In this document: in pieces, positions 29,733 to 38,636 of the stretch
How the letters are laid out: each line of letters starts with the position of its first letter
How positions within the stretch are numbered: the first letter of the stretch is position 1
Source: an uncultured Flavobacteriaceae bacterium
Lineage (GTDB): Bacteria; Bacteroidota; Bacteroidia; Flavobacteriales; Flavobacteriaceae
Reading direction: 5' to 3'
Assembly (NCBI GenBank): GCA_963975205.1
Contig: CAXBFU010000006.1
Coordinates: forward strand, 783-64,782
DNA length: 64,000 nucleotides
Notes under the pieces: generated by a model
Databases searched by the model: none
Seen by the model: the letters and a program-made list of their open reading frames with translations, nothing else
Told to the model about the DNA's origin: nothing
Position numbers and translations under genes: made by a program

Positions 29733-29753
29733 AACTATTTTTTATGGTTTGGT

Positions 29754-29975
29754 TTAATATTCATCCTCGTTCCAAAGATAATCTTCGTCTGTTGGATAAT
29801 CTGGCCATATTTCTTGAATAGAGTCATAAGAATCACCTTCGTCCTCGATAGATTGTAAGTTCTCAACCACTTCTAGCGGAGCTCCTGTTCTAATAGAGTA
29901 ATCGATTAACTCATCTTTTGTTGCTGGCCAAGGCGCATCACTTAAATATGATGCTAGTTCTAATGTCCAATACAT
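29754..29975 (-). CDS. DUF2795 domain-containing protein
   Basis: 73 aa. Sequence: LASYLSDAPWPATKDELIDYSIRTGAPLEVVENLQ, then an acidic tail. Confidence 0.75.
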   Translation of the reverse strand: MYWTLELASYLSDAPWPATKDELIDYSIRTGAPLEVVENLQSIEDEGDSYDSIQEIWPDYPTDEDYLWNEDEY

Positions 29976-30135
29976 TTCTTACAAATTTAATTTTTTGCAA
30001 AAATAAATTTTTAACTGAACAAGACAAGAAAAAATCGAATTATTTAATCATTAAATTATATGAACGTTCAATTTTTACTGTAAAGCATCAGTTTAAACCA
30101 GTTTTACAGATTAATACTTCACTGATTTTTTTAAC

Positions 30136-30711
30136 TTAGGAATGCGTTTCAGGGATCCATTGTACTTCATCAGCTTGCAAGTCTTTGGACAATTTCCGTG
30201 CCAACACAAAAAGATAGTCAGATAGACGGTTTAAGTACATTAATGTTTCTGGTTGAAAAGGCTCCAAATCGTTTAAAGCAGTTGCTAAACGTTCGGCTCT
30301 ACGGCATACACAGCGTGCTATGTGACAGAATGACACGGTTTGATGGCCTCCAGGAAGTATAAAGTGTGTCATTGGTGGTAAGGTTTCGTTCATTTTGTCT
30401 ATTTCTTTCTCCAGATGTTCAATATCTTCATTAGAAATTTTAGGAATGTTTAAACGTTCTTTACCACTTTTTAGTATTGCCTTTTCTGGGTCTGTGGCTA
30501 AAATAGCTCCAACTGTGAATAATTTGTTTTGAATGATAACTAAGATGTCTTTGAAATGTGCATCGATGTTTTGGTCTCTAACTAAACCTAGATGCGAGTT
30601 TAGCTCATCGACAGTGCCATAACTTTCAATACGAATATGATGCTTGGGTACTTTGGTGCCTCCAAATAATGCAGTTTTACCTTTGTCGCCTGTTTTTGTG
30701 TAGATTTTCAT
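30136..30711 (-). CDS. PduO-type ATP:cob(I)alamin adenosyltransferase
   Basis: I trimmed the track ORF (30136..30828) to the internal ATG at 30709-30711, giving MKIYTKTGDKGKTALFGG, the universal N-terminus of this family. The upstream extension would overlap the neighbouring gene by 53 nt. It also has the RAERLA motif. Confidence 0.85.
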   Translation of the reverse strand: MKIYTKTGDKGKTALFGGTKVPKHHIRIESYGTVDELNSHLGLVRDQNIDAHFKDILVIIQNKLFTVGAILATDPEKAILKSGKERLNIPKISNEDIEHLEKEIDKMNETLPPMTHFILPGGHQTVSFCHIARCVCRRAERLATALNDLEPFQPETLMYLNRLSDYLFVLARKLSKDLQADEVQWIPETHS

Positions 30712-30717
30712 TTTAAG

Positions 30718-30750
30718 AGTTTCAAAGTTGAAAGTTTCAAAGTTACAAAG
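30718..30750. repeat. degenerate heptamer array ([C/G]AAAGTT x about 4) containing a 12-bp direct repeat
   Basis: AGTTTCAAAGTT occurs at 30718-30729 and again at 30733-30744. It lies in the 64-bp gap just upstream of the adenosyltransferase ATG. The minus strand reads AACTTTG units, including TAACTTTG (30738-30745), a TAnnTTTG-type box. Confidence 0.6.
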
Positions 30751-30775
30751 ATTTGAATTGAAACTCCTTTTAAAT

Positions 30776-31546
30776 CTAAATACGAATCGTAAAATGTTCT
30801 TTTTCTTGCTCTTTCCTAAAAAACACAAATCCCCAAAAAAATGTATCGATTGTTACTGTTACTTTTGGATGCTGTTTTATTGTTTCCCAAGCTTCGGTCA
30901 TGCCTTTTGACCAATAAATATCATCAAAAATAAATACGGTATCGTTATGTGCTTTTGGTAGAAGTGTTTCAAAATAACTTAAGGTCGCTTTTTTTTGGTG
31001 GTTGCCATCAAAAAACACGAAATCAAAAGCTATATCTAAATTTTTTATAGCTTTAGCAAAATTACTATTGATTATTTGTATGTTTCTCAACCCTTTATTT
31101 TCAAATTGTTCTTTAGTGAATTTTGAAATATTGTGGCATCCTTCAATAGTAGTGATTTTAGCATTTGGATTTCCTAAACTCATAGCTTGTGTGCCAATAC
31201 CTAGAGATGTTCCTAATTCCAATATATTATTACTGTCGAAATATTTAACAAGCCTATAGAGCAACTTAGCTCTTTTTAAAGTAGTTCCAGAGTTTTTTGC
31301 AATGCTTGAAACAGCTCGTTTATTACTTTTTGTGACTCTTGACCCTGCTCCAAAGTCTGTAATTTCGATTATATGTTTAATTTTTTTTAATCTCTTTTTG
31401 TATTTTCTAATTTTTAAATAATCTTCAAATTTTACTTTATCATAAAAGCATTTGGTAACCAAGTTATACACAAAAGGCGAGTGCACACCATGTTGGTTGG
31501 TAGAGCGCAAAAGAAATTTTAAATATGCTGTTAATGGATACCACAT
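30776..31546 (-). CDS. class I SAM-dependent methyltransferase (O-methyltransferase family 3-like)
   Basis: 256 aa. Has ILELGTSLGIGTQAM (motif I) and FDFVFFDGNHQK. Confidence 0.7.
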   Translation of the reverse strand: MWYPLTAYLKFLLRSTNQHGVHSPFVYNLVTKCFYDKVKFEDYLKIRKYKKRLKKIKHIIEITDFGAGSRVTKSNKRAVSSIAKNSGTTLKRAKLLYRLVKYFDSNNILELGTSLGIGTQAMSLGNPNAKITTIEGCHNISKFTKEQFENKGLRNIQIINSNFAKAIKNLDIAFDFVFFDGNHQKKATLSYFETLLPKAHNDTVFIFDDIYWSKGMTEAWETIKQHPKVTVTIDTFFWGFVFFRKEQEKEHFTIRI

Positions 31547-31547
31547 A

Positions 31548-33440
31548 TTAGTTTTCTAGTTTTTCGAGCAATTCCAGCCAACGAAACTCCTTTTCTTCGA
31601 TGGTTTCTATAATTTGTTGTAACTCTGCTGAAAGCTCATTTATTTTTTCTGGAGAAAGAGTTTCGTTATTAAACTTGGCTTCCAATTCTTTTTTATTAAA
31701 TTCTAAGGTTTTGAGTTTGCTCTCAATATTTTTTAACTCCTTTTGCTCGTTATAAGAAAGCTGACTATTGCTGTCTTTTTTCCATTGTTTCTTTTCTGAT
31801 TTATTTTCAGTTGACCCTTTAGGAATGCTATCTTCGTAAGTTCTAAAATCACTATAGTTTCCTGGAAAATCATCAATAACGCCTTGTCCTCGAAAAACAA
31901 ATAAGTGGTCAACAATTTTATCCATAAAATAACGATCGTGAGTCACAACTATTAAACATCCTGGAAAATCTAATAAGAAGTTTTCCAAAACGTTTAGAGT
32001 TACTATATCCAAATCGTTTGTTGGTTCATCTAGAATTAAAAAGTTAGGATTTTGGATAAGAACTGTGCATAAGTACAAGCGTTTGCGTTCACCACCACTT
32101 AGTTTTTCAACAAAATCGTATTGTTTTTTTCTATCGAACAAAAAACGTTCTAGTAATTGTTGCGCACTAATTTGGCGTCCCTTTTTTAAAGGAATATAAT
32201 CACCATAATCTCTAACAACATCAATTACTTTTTGATCTGGTTTTACATTAATACCGTTTTGAGTGTAATAGCCAAATTTTACAGTTTCACCAAGCACAAT
32301 TTTACCAGAATCTGGTATTATAGTATTGGTAATAAGATTTAGAAATGTAGATTTTCCTGTACCATTCTTTCCTATAATACCAATACGCTCACCTTTTTGA
32401 AACATATAGTCAAACTTATTGAGCATTATATTATCATCAAAAGCTTTTGACACTTTATGGAATTCGACAATTTTACTTCCCAAGCGCTCCATGTTTATTT
32501 CCAGCTGTACCACATGATCTTTTCTACGCTTGTGTGCACGTTCTTTTATTTCGAAAAAATCATCGATTCTGGATTTAGATTTTGTGGTTCGTGCTTTTGG
32601 TTGCCTTCGCATCCAATCTAACTCTTTTTTATAAAGTTGTTTGGATTTATTGGTTTCGACAGCTTCACGTTCAATACGCGCTTCTTTTTTTTCTAAGTAG
32701 TATGAATAACTTCCTTTATAATTGAATATTTCACCTTGATCTAATTCTATAATTTCATTACAGACGCGTTCTAAAAAATAGCGATCGTGTGTAATCATAA
32801 ATAGTGTAATGTTTTCTTTAGCGAAGAAGGTTTCCAGCCATTCAATCATTTCTAGGTCAAGGTGATTTGTAGGTTCGTCCAAAATCAACAAATCGGGTTT
32901 GTTTATCAAGGCATTTGCTAGAGCCAATCGTTTTTTTTGGCCACCAGACAATTGCGAAACTTTTTGTTCTAAATCCTCAAGACCTAGCTTAAATAATATT
33001 TGCCTGTACAGGGTTTCAAAATCCCACGCATTAAAACGTTCCATGGCTTCAAACGCTTTTTGATAAGCTTCTTCGTCTTCAGGGGTTTGTAAAGCTATGT
33101 GATAGGTATTGATGACGTTTAAAATTGCATTATCTGAATCAAAAACAGACTCTTCTACAGTAAGGTTTTCATTAAGCTCAGGGTCTTGTGCTAGGAACGA
33201 TGTTTTAAGGCCTTTTCTATAAGTAATCTTTCCGGAATCTGCTTGGTCTTTTCCAGACAAAATGTTTAAAATGGTTGTTTTTCCTGAACCATTTTTGGCA
33301 ACAAAGGCAATTTTTTGATCTTTATGAATACTAAAAGACACATTTTCGAAAAGGGTTAACTCTCCATAAGATTTTGATATGTTCTCTACTGTTAGATAAT
33401 TCAAGTTGTTTTTTTGTGCAAATAAAGCATAAAAAACCAA
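31548..33440 (-). CDS. ABC-F family ATPase (two ABC cassettes, no TM domain)
   Basis: 630-aa ORF. Has GKNGSGKTT / LSGGQKKRLALA / LILDEPTNHLD and GKNGTGKST / LSGGERKRLYL / LILDEPTNDLD, plus a C-terminal coiled coil. The track start is TTG. An internal TTG at 33404 (M-NYLTVENISKSYG) may be the real start. Confidence 0.9.
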   Translation of the reverse strand: MVFYALFAQKNNLNYLTVENISKSYGELTLFENVSFSIHKDQKIAFVAKNGSGKTTILNILSGKDQADSGKITYRKGLKTSFLAQDPELNENLTVEESVFDSDNAILNVINTYHIALQTPEDEEAYQKAFEAMERFNAWDFETLYRQILFKLGLEDLEQKVSQLSGGQKKRLALANALINKPDLLILDEPTNHLDLEMIEWLETFFAKENITLFMITHDRYFLERVCNEIIELDQGEIFNYKGSYSYYLEKKEARIEREAVETNKSKQLYKKELDWMRRQPKARTTKSKSRIDDFFEIKERAHKRRKDHVVQLEINMERLGSKIVEFHKVSKAFDDNIMLNKFDYMFQKGERIGIIGKNGTGKSTFLNLITNTIIPDSGKIVLGETVKFGYYTQNGINVKPDQKVIDVVRDYGDYIPLKKGRQISAQQLLERFLFDRKKQYDFVEKLSGGERKRLYLCTVLIQNPNFLILDEPTNDLDIVTLNVLENFLLDFPGCLIVVTHDRYFMDKIVDHLFVFRGQGVIDDFPGNYSDFRTYEDSIPKGSTENKSEKKQWKKDSNSQLSYNEQKELKNIESKLKTLEFNKKELEAKFNNETLSPEKINELSAELQQIIETIEEKEFRWLELLEKLEN

Positions 33441-33478
33441 AAAAAGCCTTAGCTGTTTTTATTTTGCTATCTAAAAGC

Positions 33479-33486
33479 TATATTTG
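33479..33486 (+). promoter_or_regulatory. candidate -7 promoter box (TAnnTTTG) for the glycan locus
   Basis: TATATTTG lies 22 nt upstream of ATG 33509. A TTTG at 33463-33466 is closer than the canonical -33 spacing. Confidence 0.3.
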
Positions 33487-33508
33487 TGTGTAAACAAACC
33501 GCCTCAAT

Positions 33509-34300
33509 ATGAAGAAAATATATGCTATTACAGTACTCGTTTTAAGTGTTTTAGCATTTTCGTGTGTTCCTCAAAAAGACACCTTGTACTTTCAAAATAA
33601 AGGAAGCGCTATTAATGAGCCTCATATAATTTCTGAAGTTCAAAAACCATATCGCATACAAGTAAATGATATATTGAATATTCGAGTAAAAGCCTTGGAT
33701 CAAGCACTTGTAAATATGTTTAATCCAGCTGGCGATGTAAACTTAAATGCCGAAAGTGCAGAACGTGCTTATTTTGATGGGTTTACTGTAGATCTTCATG
33801 GCAATATTAGAATTCCAACCTTGGGGACTATTAGTGTGCTTGGATATACAACCGAAGAGATTGAAAAAATCATTGAAAAAAAATTGCTTGAAGAAGAGTT
33901 TAAAGAAACAGCCAATATTTTTGTAACAGTAAAATTATCCGGTTTGCGCTTTACAGTTAGCGGCGAAGTTGTGAATCCAGGAACAATTACCATGTTTCAA
34001 GAACGTGTAAATATTTTTGAAGCTATTGCCAATGTTGGAGAAATACCGATTACAGGAGATAAAAAAGATGTGATGATAATTAGGCAATACCCTCAGGGAC
34101 AAAAAATACATCATTTAGATTTAACCGATGTTAATGTGATGGCATCTCCTTATTACTATATACAGCCCAATGATTTAATTTATGTAAAACCCCTTAAGCA
34201 AAAATCATGGGGAACTGGCACCACAGGAGTACAATCTATAACAACTTTAGTGTCTTTAGTAACATTGGTAACTACTACAATTTTACTTATTAGGAATTGA
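33509..34300 (+). CDS. wza: polysaccharide export outer-membrane protein (Wza family)
   Basis: 263 aa. Has a lipoprotein-type signal (VLAFSC), the YRIQVNDILNIRV Poly_export motif, and a SLBB-like region (VSGEVVNPG). Confidence 0.85.
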   Translation: MKKIYAITVLVLSVLAFSCVPQKDTLYFQNKGSAINEPHIISEVQKPYRIQVNDILNIRVKALDQALVNMFNPAGDVNLNAESAERAYFDGFTVDLHGNIRIPTLGTISVLGYTTEEIEKIIEKKLLEEEFKETANIFVTVKLSGLRFTVSGEVVNPGTITMFQERVNIFEAIANVGEIPITGDKKDVMIIRQYPQGQKIHHLDLTDVNVMASPYYYIQPNDLIYVKPLKQKSWGTGTTGVQSITTLVSLVTLVTTTILLIRN

Positions 34301-34303
34301 TAT

Positions 34304-36745
34304 ATGAATGAAGATTTTAATATAAATGAATTACCTTCTAATTTCGAAATTAAAAGCTTTGTATTTAAAGTTTTAAACTATTGGCCATTATTTGTAGTAG
34401 CTTTAGCCATTGGTTTTGGTATAGCATACTACAAAAATGCTCGTATGCAAAACAAATATGCCTTAGAGTCTTTAATTTCTGTTGAGAACGATCAAAACCC
34501 ATTTTTTACGTCCAATACTAGTATTTCTTTTAATTATGGAGGCGTTACCGATAAAGTTCAAACCGTAATTACGACTTTAAAAACAAGAAACCACAACGAA
34601 AAGGTTGTCGATTCTTTGCAATACTTCATGCAGTATTTAATCCAAGGAAAGTATAGAAAAAATGACATTTATAAAAAGGCACCATTTGAGTTTAAATTAG
34701 ATAAAACCAAACCTCAAATTCTTGGGCATCCAGTTTCTATTAAATTTACGAGCGACGATACTTTTGAGGTATTTGCTAATTTCGAATTAGAAAGTGGGAC
34801 AGGGCAATTATATGCCTCAAAAGAAAACCTAAATTTAGTATTACCACAGGAACCATTTTTAAAAACATTTAAAGTTGGTGAGGTTATTAACACATCTTTT
34901 TTAAATGGAAAAATTGTACTTCGAAAAGATGCTAACATAGAAATAGGCGAAGAGTATTTCTTAAATTTCTTAAATTTTGACAATGTTGTTAATCAATACC
35001 AAAATGGGTTAAATGTGGATACAAAACCCAAAGGGTCATCGGTCTTGAATTTAAGACTTACAGGAGCCAATAAGTCTAAAATTGTAGATTATTTAAATAC
35101 TACGGTTTCAATTTTACAAAAAACACAGTTGGAACGAAAAAATTTGTACGCCACTAATACCATTAAATTTATTGATGATAGAATGGATATAGTTGGCAAT
35201 GACTTGGAAGATGTTGAAGATGAGTTGAATAAATTCAGGAGTCAAAATAAAATTTTTAATATTGATGACGAAAGCGGTCGCGTCTCAGAAAAATTAAGAG
35301 AGTACGAATCTATGGAAAACGATTTAAGCTCCAAGATAGCTTATTTAAACTCACTACAAACCTATCTAGAAACTAAAACAGATTATACTAAAATTGCAGC
35401 ACCAACCAGTGTTGGAATTCAAGAAGCTAATATCGTTGGCAGTGTACAACGTATCATTGATTTATCCATTGCACGCCAAAAACTGGAATATACAACAAGG
35501 GAAACTTCTGAACAGTTTAGAAATATTGATAGACAAATTGATGCTGAGAAAAATGTGCTGCTGGAAACAATAAAAGAAACAAAAAAAATCTTTGGAATTC
35601 AGCTAAATACACTTAATAGAACTATGGCGAGTTTACAAGCTACTTTAAGCAAACTCCCAATAGATCAGCAAGAATACCTAAAAATCCAACGACGATTTAA
35701 TATAAGTGAAGAAGTTTATAATGTATTTCAAACTAAGCGTAGTGAAGCATCAGTTGTTAGAGCAGCCAATATTTCAGATATTAATGTTATTGACGAAGCA
35801 AAGGATATTGGAGGTGGATTAATTGGACCTAATAAGCGTTTAAACTATCTCATTGCTTTATTTGCAGGATTACTTATTCCTTTAGTAATAATTGTAATAA
35901 TTACATTTTTCGACACTAGTATTCATGCCGTAGCAGATATTGAACGATTATCCAAGATTCCAGTATTAGGCGTCATTGGTAAATATAGAAACGAAGGAAG
36001 CCTTGCAGTTTACAATCATCCAAAATCGGCAATCTCTGAGGCATTTAGGGCTATTAGATCCAGTTTAAAATTTATATACAAAACCCAAAAAATTAAAGGA
36101 ACAAAAACAGTTTTAATTACATCTTCGGTTAGTGGAGAAGGAAAAACATTTTGTGCAATAAACATTGCAACTGTTTTTGCTTTAACAAACAAGAAAACAG
36201 TTTTAGTAGGCCTGGATTTGCGTAAGCCTAAAATTTCTAAAGATTTTAATCTTAAAAGTGCTTTGGGAGTTGTTGATTATTTGATTGGTTCCAAAAAACT
36301 GGAAGATGTAGCACAACCTACACATATTGATAATCTCGATATTATTTTATCTGGTTCTGTACCACCAAACCCATCAGAGTTATTGATGAGCGATGAAATG
36401 GACGTATTTATAGAAGAATTAAAACAAAAATACGATATTATAGTATTGGACTCACCTCCATTGGGCTTGGTAACCGATGCAATCGAACTGGTAGAATACG
36501 CTGATGCAACTATCTATTTAGTAAGGCAAAACTACTCCCAAAAAGAGATGCTTTCTGTTATTAATAATAAGTACAAAAAAGGAGAGGTAAAAAATATAAG
36601 TTTTGTTTTAAATTATTATACTCATAAAAAACGACAAGGTTATGGCTATGGTTACGGCTACGGTTATGGATATGGCTATCATGATAACGAAACGAATAAA
36701 ACTATCTTGAGTAAGATTAGCTCTTTATTTAAACGTAAATCTTAA
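34304..36745 (+). CDS. wzc: polysaccharide co-polymerase / BY-kinase (Wzc family) with Tyr-rich tail
   Basis: 813 aa. Has an N-terminal TM, a long coiled-coil periplasmic region and a second TM. The cytoplasmic kinase has Walker A SSVSGEGKTF, Walker A' VLVGLDLRKP and Walker B IIVLDSPP. The C-terminal tail is (GY)7. Confidence 0.85.
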   Translation: MNEDFNINELPSNFEIKSFVFKVLNYWPLFVVALAIGFGIAYYKNARMQNKYALESLISVENDQNPFFTSNTSISFNYGGVTDKVQTVITTLKTRNHNEKVVDSLQYFMQYLIQGKYRKNDIYKKAPFEFKLDKTKPQILGHPVSIKFTSDDTFEVFANFELESGTGQLYASKENLNLVLPQEPFLKTFKVGEVINTSFLNGKIVLRKDANIEIGEEYFLNFLNFDNVVNQYQNGLNVDTKPKGSSVLNLRLTGANKSKIVDYLNTTVSILQKTQLERKNLYATNTIKFIDDRMDIVGNDLEDVEDELNKFRSQNKIFNIDDESGRVSEKLREYESMENDLSSKIAYLNSLQTYLETKTDYTKIAAPTSVGIQEANIVGSVQRIIDLSIARQKLEYTTRETSEQFRNIDRQIDAEKNVLLETIKETKKIFGIQLNTLNRTMASLQATLSKLPIDQQEYLKIQRRFNISEEVYNVFQTKRSEASVVRAANISDINVIDEAKDIGGGLIGPNKRLNYLIALFAGLLIPLVIIVIITFFDTSIHAVADIERLSKIPVLGVIGKYRNEGSLAVYNHPKSAISEAFRAIRSSLKFIYKTQKIKGTKTVLITSSVSGEGKTFCAINIATVFALTNKKTVLVGLDLRKPKISKDFNLKSALGVVDYLIGSKKLEDVAQPTHIDNLDIILSGSVPPNPSELLMSDEMDVFIEELKQKYDIIVLDSPPLGLVTDAIELVEYADATIYLVRQNYSQKEMLSVINNKYKKGEVKNISFVLNYYTHKKRQGYGYGYGYGYGYGYHDNETNKTILSKISSLFKRKS
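36638..36679 (+). repeat. imperfect hexanucleotide repeat encoding (Gly-Tyr)x7 in the Wzc tail
   Basis: The sequence is ggttat ggctat ggttac ggctac ggttat ggatat ggctat. Synonymous variation occurs in almost every unit. Confidence 0.9.
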
Positions 36746-36751
36746 ATTTCG

Positions 36752-37336
36752 TTGATTACTAAATCGCAAATAAAGCTAAAAAGAGGATTTGATATTTTAT
36801 TGGCACTTATTTTAATCCCACTTGTTATATTTCCATTGATTTTTTTCTTAGTAATAGCTACAATAGAAACAAAACAGTCGGGATTGTTCAAACAAAAAAG
36901 GGTTGGGCAATGTGGCAACGTATTTAATATTTATAAAATAAGAACCCTAAAAAAAGGAAAACACGAGTTAGGTCAATTAGATAGGTATGCAGCTCCTTTC
37001 GGTAAGTTTTTAAGAGTTTACAAATTAGATGAATTACCTCAATTGTTCAATGTACTTTTTGGTGATATGAGTTTTGTTGGGCCTCGCCCAGATATAATTG
37101 GATTTGCTGATGAATTACAAGGAGAAGACCGAATTATTTTAAAAATTAAACCAGGCGTAACAGGTCCAGCGACAATTAAATATAAAAACGAAGAAACCAT
37201 ATTAGCCCTACAAAACGACCCAGAAAATTACAATAGAACGATTATTTGGGCAGATAAGGTTGAAATAAATAAAAAGTACGTGAAAAATTGGAGTTTTTAC
37301 TTAGATTTGAAGTATATACTACAATCAATTTTTTAG
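36752..37336 (+). CDS. small monotopic phosphoglycosyltransferase (bacterial sugar transferase, PglC/WbaP C-terminal domain type)
   Basis: 194 aa with a TTG start. Has KRGFDILLALILIPL, KIRTL, DELPQLFNVLFGDMSFVGPRPD. Confidence 0.85.
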   Translation: MITKSQIKLKRGFDILLALILIPLVIFPLIFFLVIATIETKQSGLFKQKRVGQCGNVFNIYKIRTLKKGKHELGQLDRYAAPFGKFLRVYKLDELPQLFNVLFGDMSFVGPRPDIIGFADELQGEDRIILKIKPGVTGPATIKYKNEETILALQNDPENYNRTIIWADKVEINKKYVKNWSFYLDLKYILQSIF

Positions 37337-37343
37337 TTAGCTA

Positions 37344-38636
37344 ATGAATTCAAAAGATAAAATCACCATTATTGGACTGGGATATGTTGGGCTTCCCTTG
37401 GCAGTGGAATTCGCCAAAAAATACCATGTCATTGGTTTTGATATTAATGAAGAGCGCATAGCTGAATTAACACAAGGAAAAGACAGAACCCTTGAAGTTG
37501 AAGATGATGATCTAAAAGCCGTATTAATACATAATATTGATGCAGATAAAGGCCTTTTTATTTCATCAAACCCAACAGATTTAGAGGTTTCTAATATTTA
37601 TATTGTAACAGTACCAACGCCAACTGATGAGTTACATAAACCAATTTTAACACCATTAATCAAGGCTAGCGAAACCGTTGCAAATGGATTGAATAATGGC
37701 GATATTGTGATTTACGAATCGACCGTATATCCAGGTGTAACCGAAGATGTATGTGTGCCTATTCTTGAAGCCAATTCAGGATTAACATTTAATGAAGATT
37801 TTTTTGCAGGCTATTCACCAGAGCGTATCAATCCAGGAGATAAAAAACATACTGTTACCAAAATATTAAAAGTAACGTCTGGATCTACACCAGAAATTGC
37901 AACACGAATCGACGAGTTGTACAAATCGGTAATTACTGCAGGAACACATTTGGCACCTTCTATAAAAGTTGCTGAAGCAGCAAAAGTGATTGAAAATTCT
38001 CAGAGAGATATCAATATTGCTTTTGTTAATGAGTTGTCCAAAATTTTCAGACTCTTGGATATCGATACCAAGGCAGTTTTGGAAGCTGCTGGAACCAAAT
38101 GGAATTTTATAAACTTTACACCAGGACTCGTTGGAGGACACTGTATAGGAGTCGATCCATATTACTTGGCACAAAAAGCCATAGAATCTGGTTATAATCC
38201 TGAAATAATTTTAGCTGGTCGAAAAATGAACGACAGTATGGGAAGCTATGTAGCGCAAGAAACGGTTAAAATGATGATTAAAAAAGGCGCAAAAATCAAA
38301 GGTGCAAATGCTCTGGTTTTAGGGATTACCTTTAAAGAGAATTGCCCAGACATTCGTAACTCCAGAGTTATAGATATTATTAGAGAGTTTGAAACCTATC
38401 ATGTAAATGTGGATGTGTATGACCCTTGGGCTTCAAAAGAAGAGGTAAAACACGAATACAATTTAGATATGAAAACAGCTACATCACAGTTAAAAGATAA
38501 CTATGATGCCATTATATTGGCAGTATCTCATAACAAATTTTTAGAGCTGGATATATCAGCATTAAAATCAAGCATAGGAGTGATTTTTGATGTAAAATCA
38601 CTATTACCAAAACAAATTATAGACGCCAGATTATAA
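37344..38636 (+). CDS. UDP-N-acetylhexosamine 6-dehydrogenase (TviB/WbpO/CapL-like nucleotide-sugar dehydrogenase)
   Basis: 430 aa. Has ITIIGLGYVGLPLAVEF ... VIGFDINEERIAEL and the catalytic Cys block GLVGGHCIGVDPYY. Confidence 0.8.
   Translation: MNSKDKITIIGLGYVGLPLAVEFAKKYHVIGFDINEERIAELTQGKDRTLEVEDDDLKAVLIHNIDADKGLFISSNPTDLEVSNIYIVTVPTPTDELHKPILTPLIKASETVANGLNNGDIVIYESTVYPGVTEDVCVPILEANSGLTFNEDFFAGYSPERINPGDKKHTVTKILKVTSGSTPEIATRIDELYKSVITAGTHLAPSIKVAEAAKVIENSQRDINIAFVNELSKIFRLLDIDTKAVLEAAGTKWNFINFTPGLVGGHCIGVDPYYLAQKAIESGYNPEIILAGRKMNDSMGSYVAQETVKMMIKKGAKIKGANALVLGITFKENCPDIRNSRVIDIIREFETYHVNVDVYDPWASKEEVKHEYNLDMKTATSQLKDNYDAIILAVSHNKFLELDISALKSSIGVIFDVKSLLPKQIIDARL

Noticed and set aside
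30712-30828. N-terminal 39-codon extension of the adenosyltransferase ORF
   Set aside because: The extension would overlap the upstream methyltransferase by 53 nt and translates the heptamer repeat (FETFNFETLK). The internal Met gives the canonical MKIYTKTGDKG start.
36638-36679. (GY)7-coding repeat as a slipped-strand contingency locus
   Set aside because: The repeat unit is 6 nt, so length changes stay in frame, and it is synonymously scrambled. This argues against, not for, high-frequency slippage.
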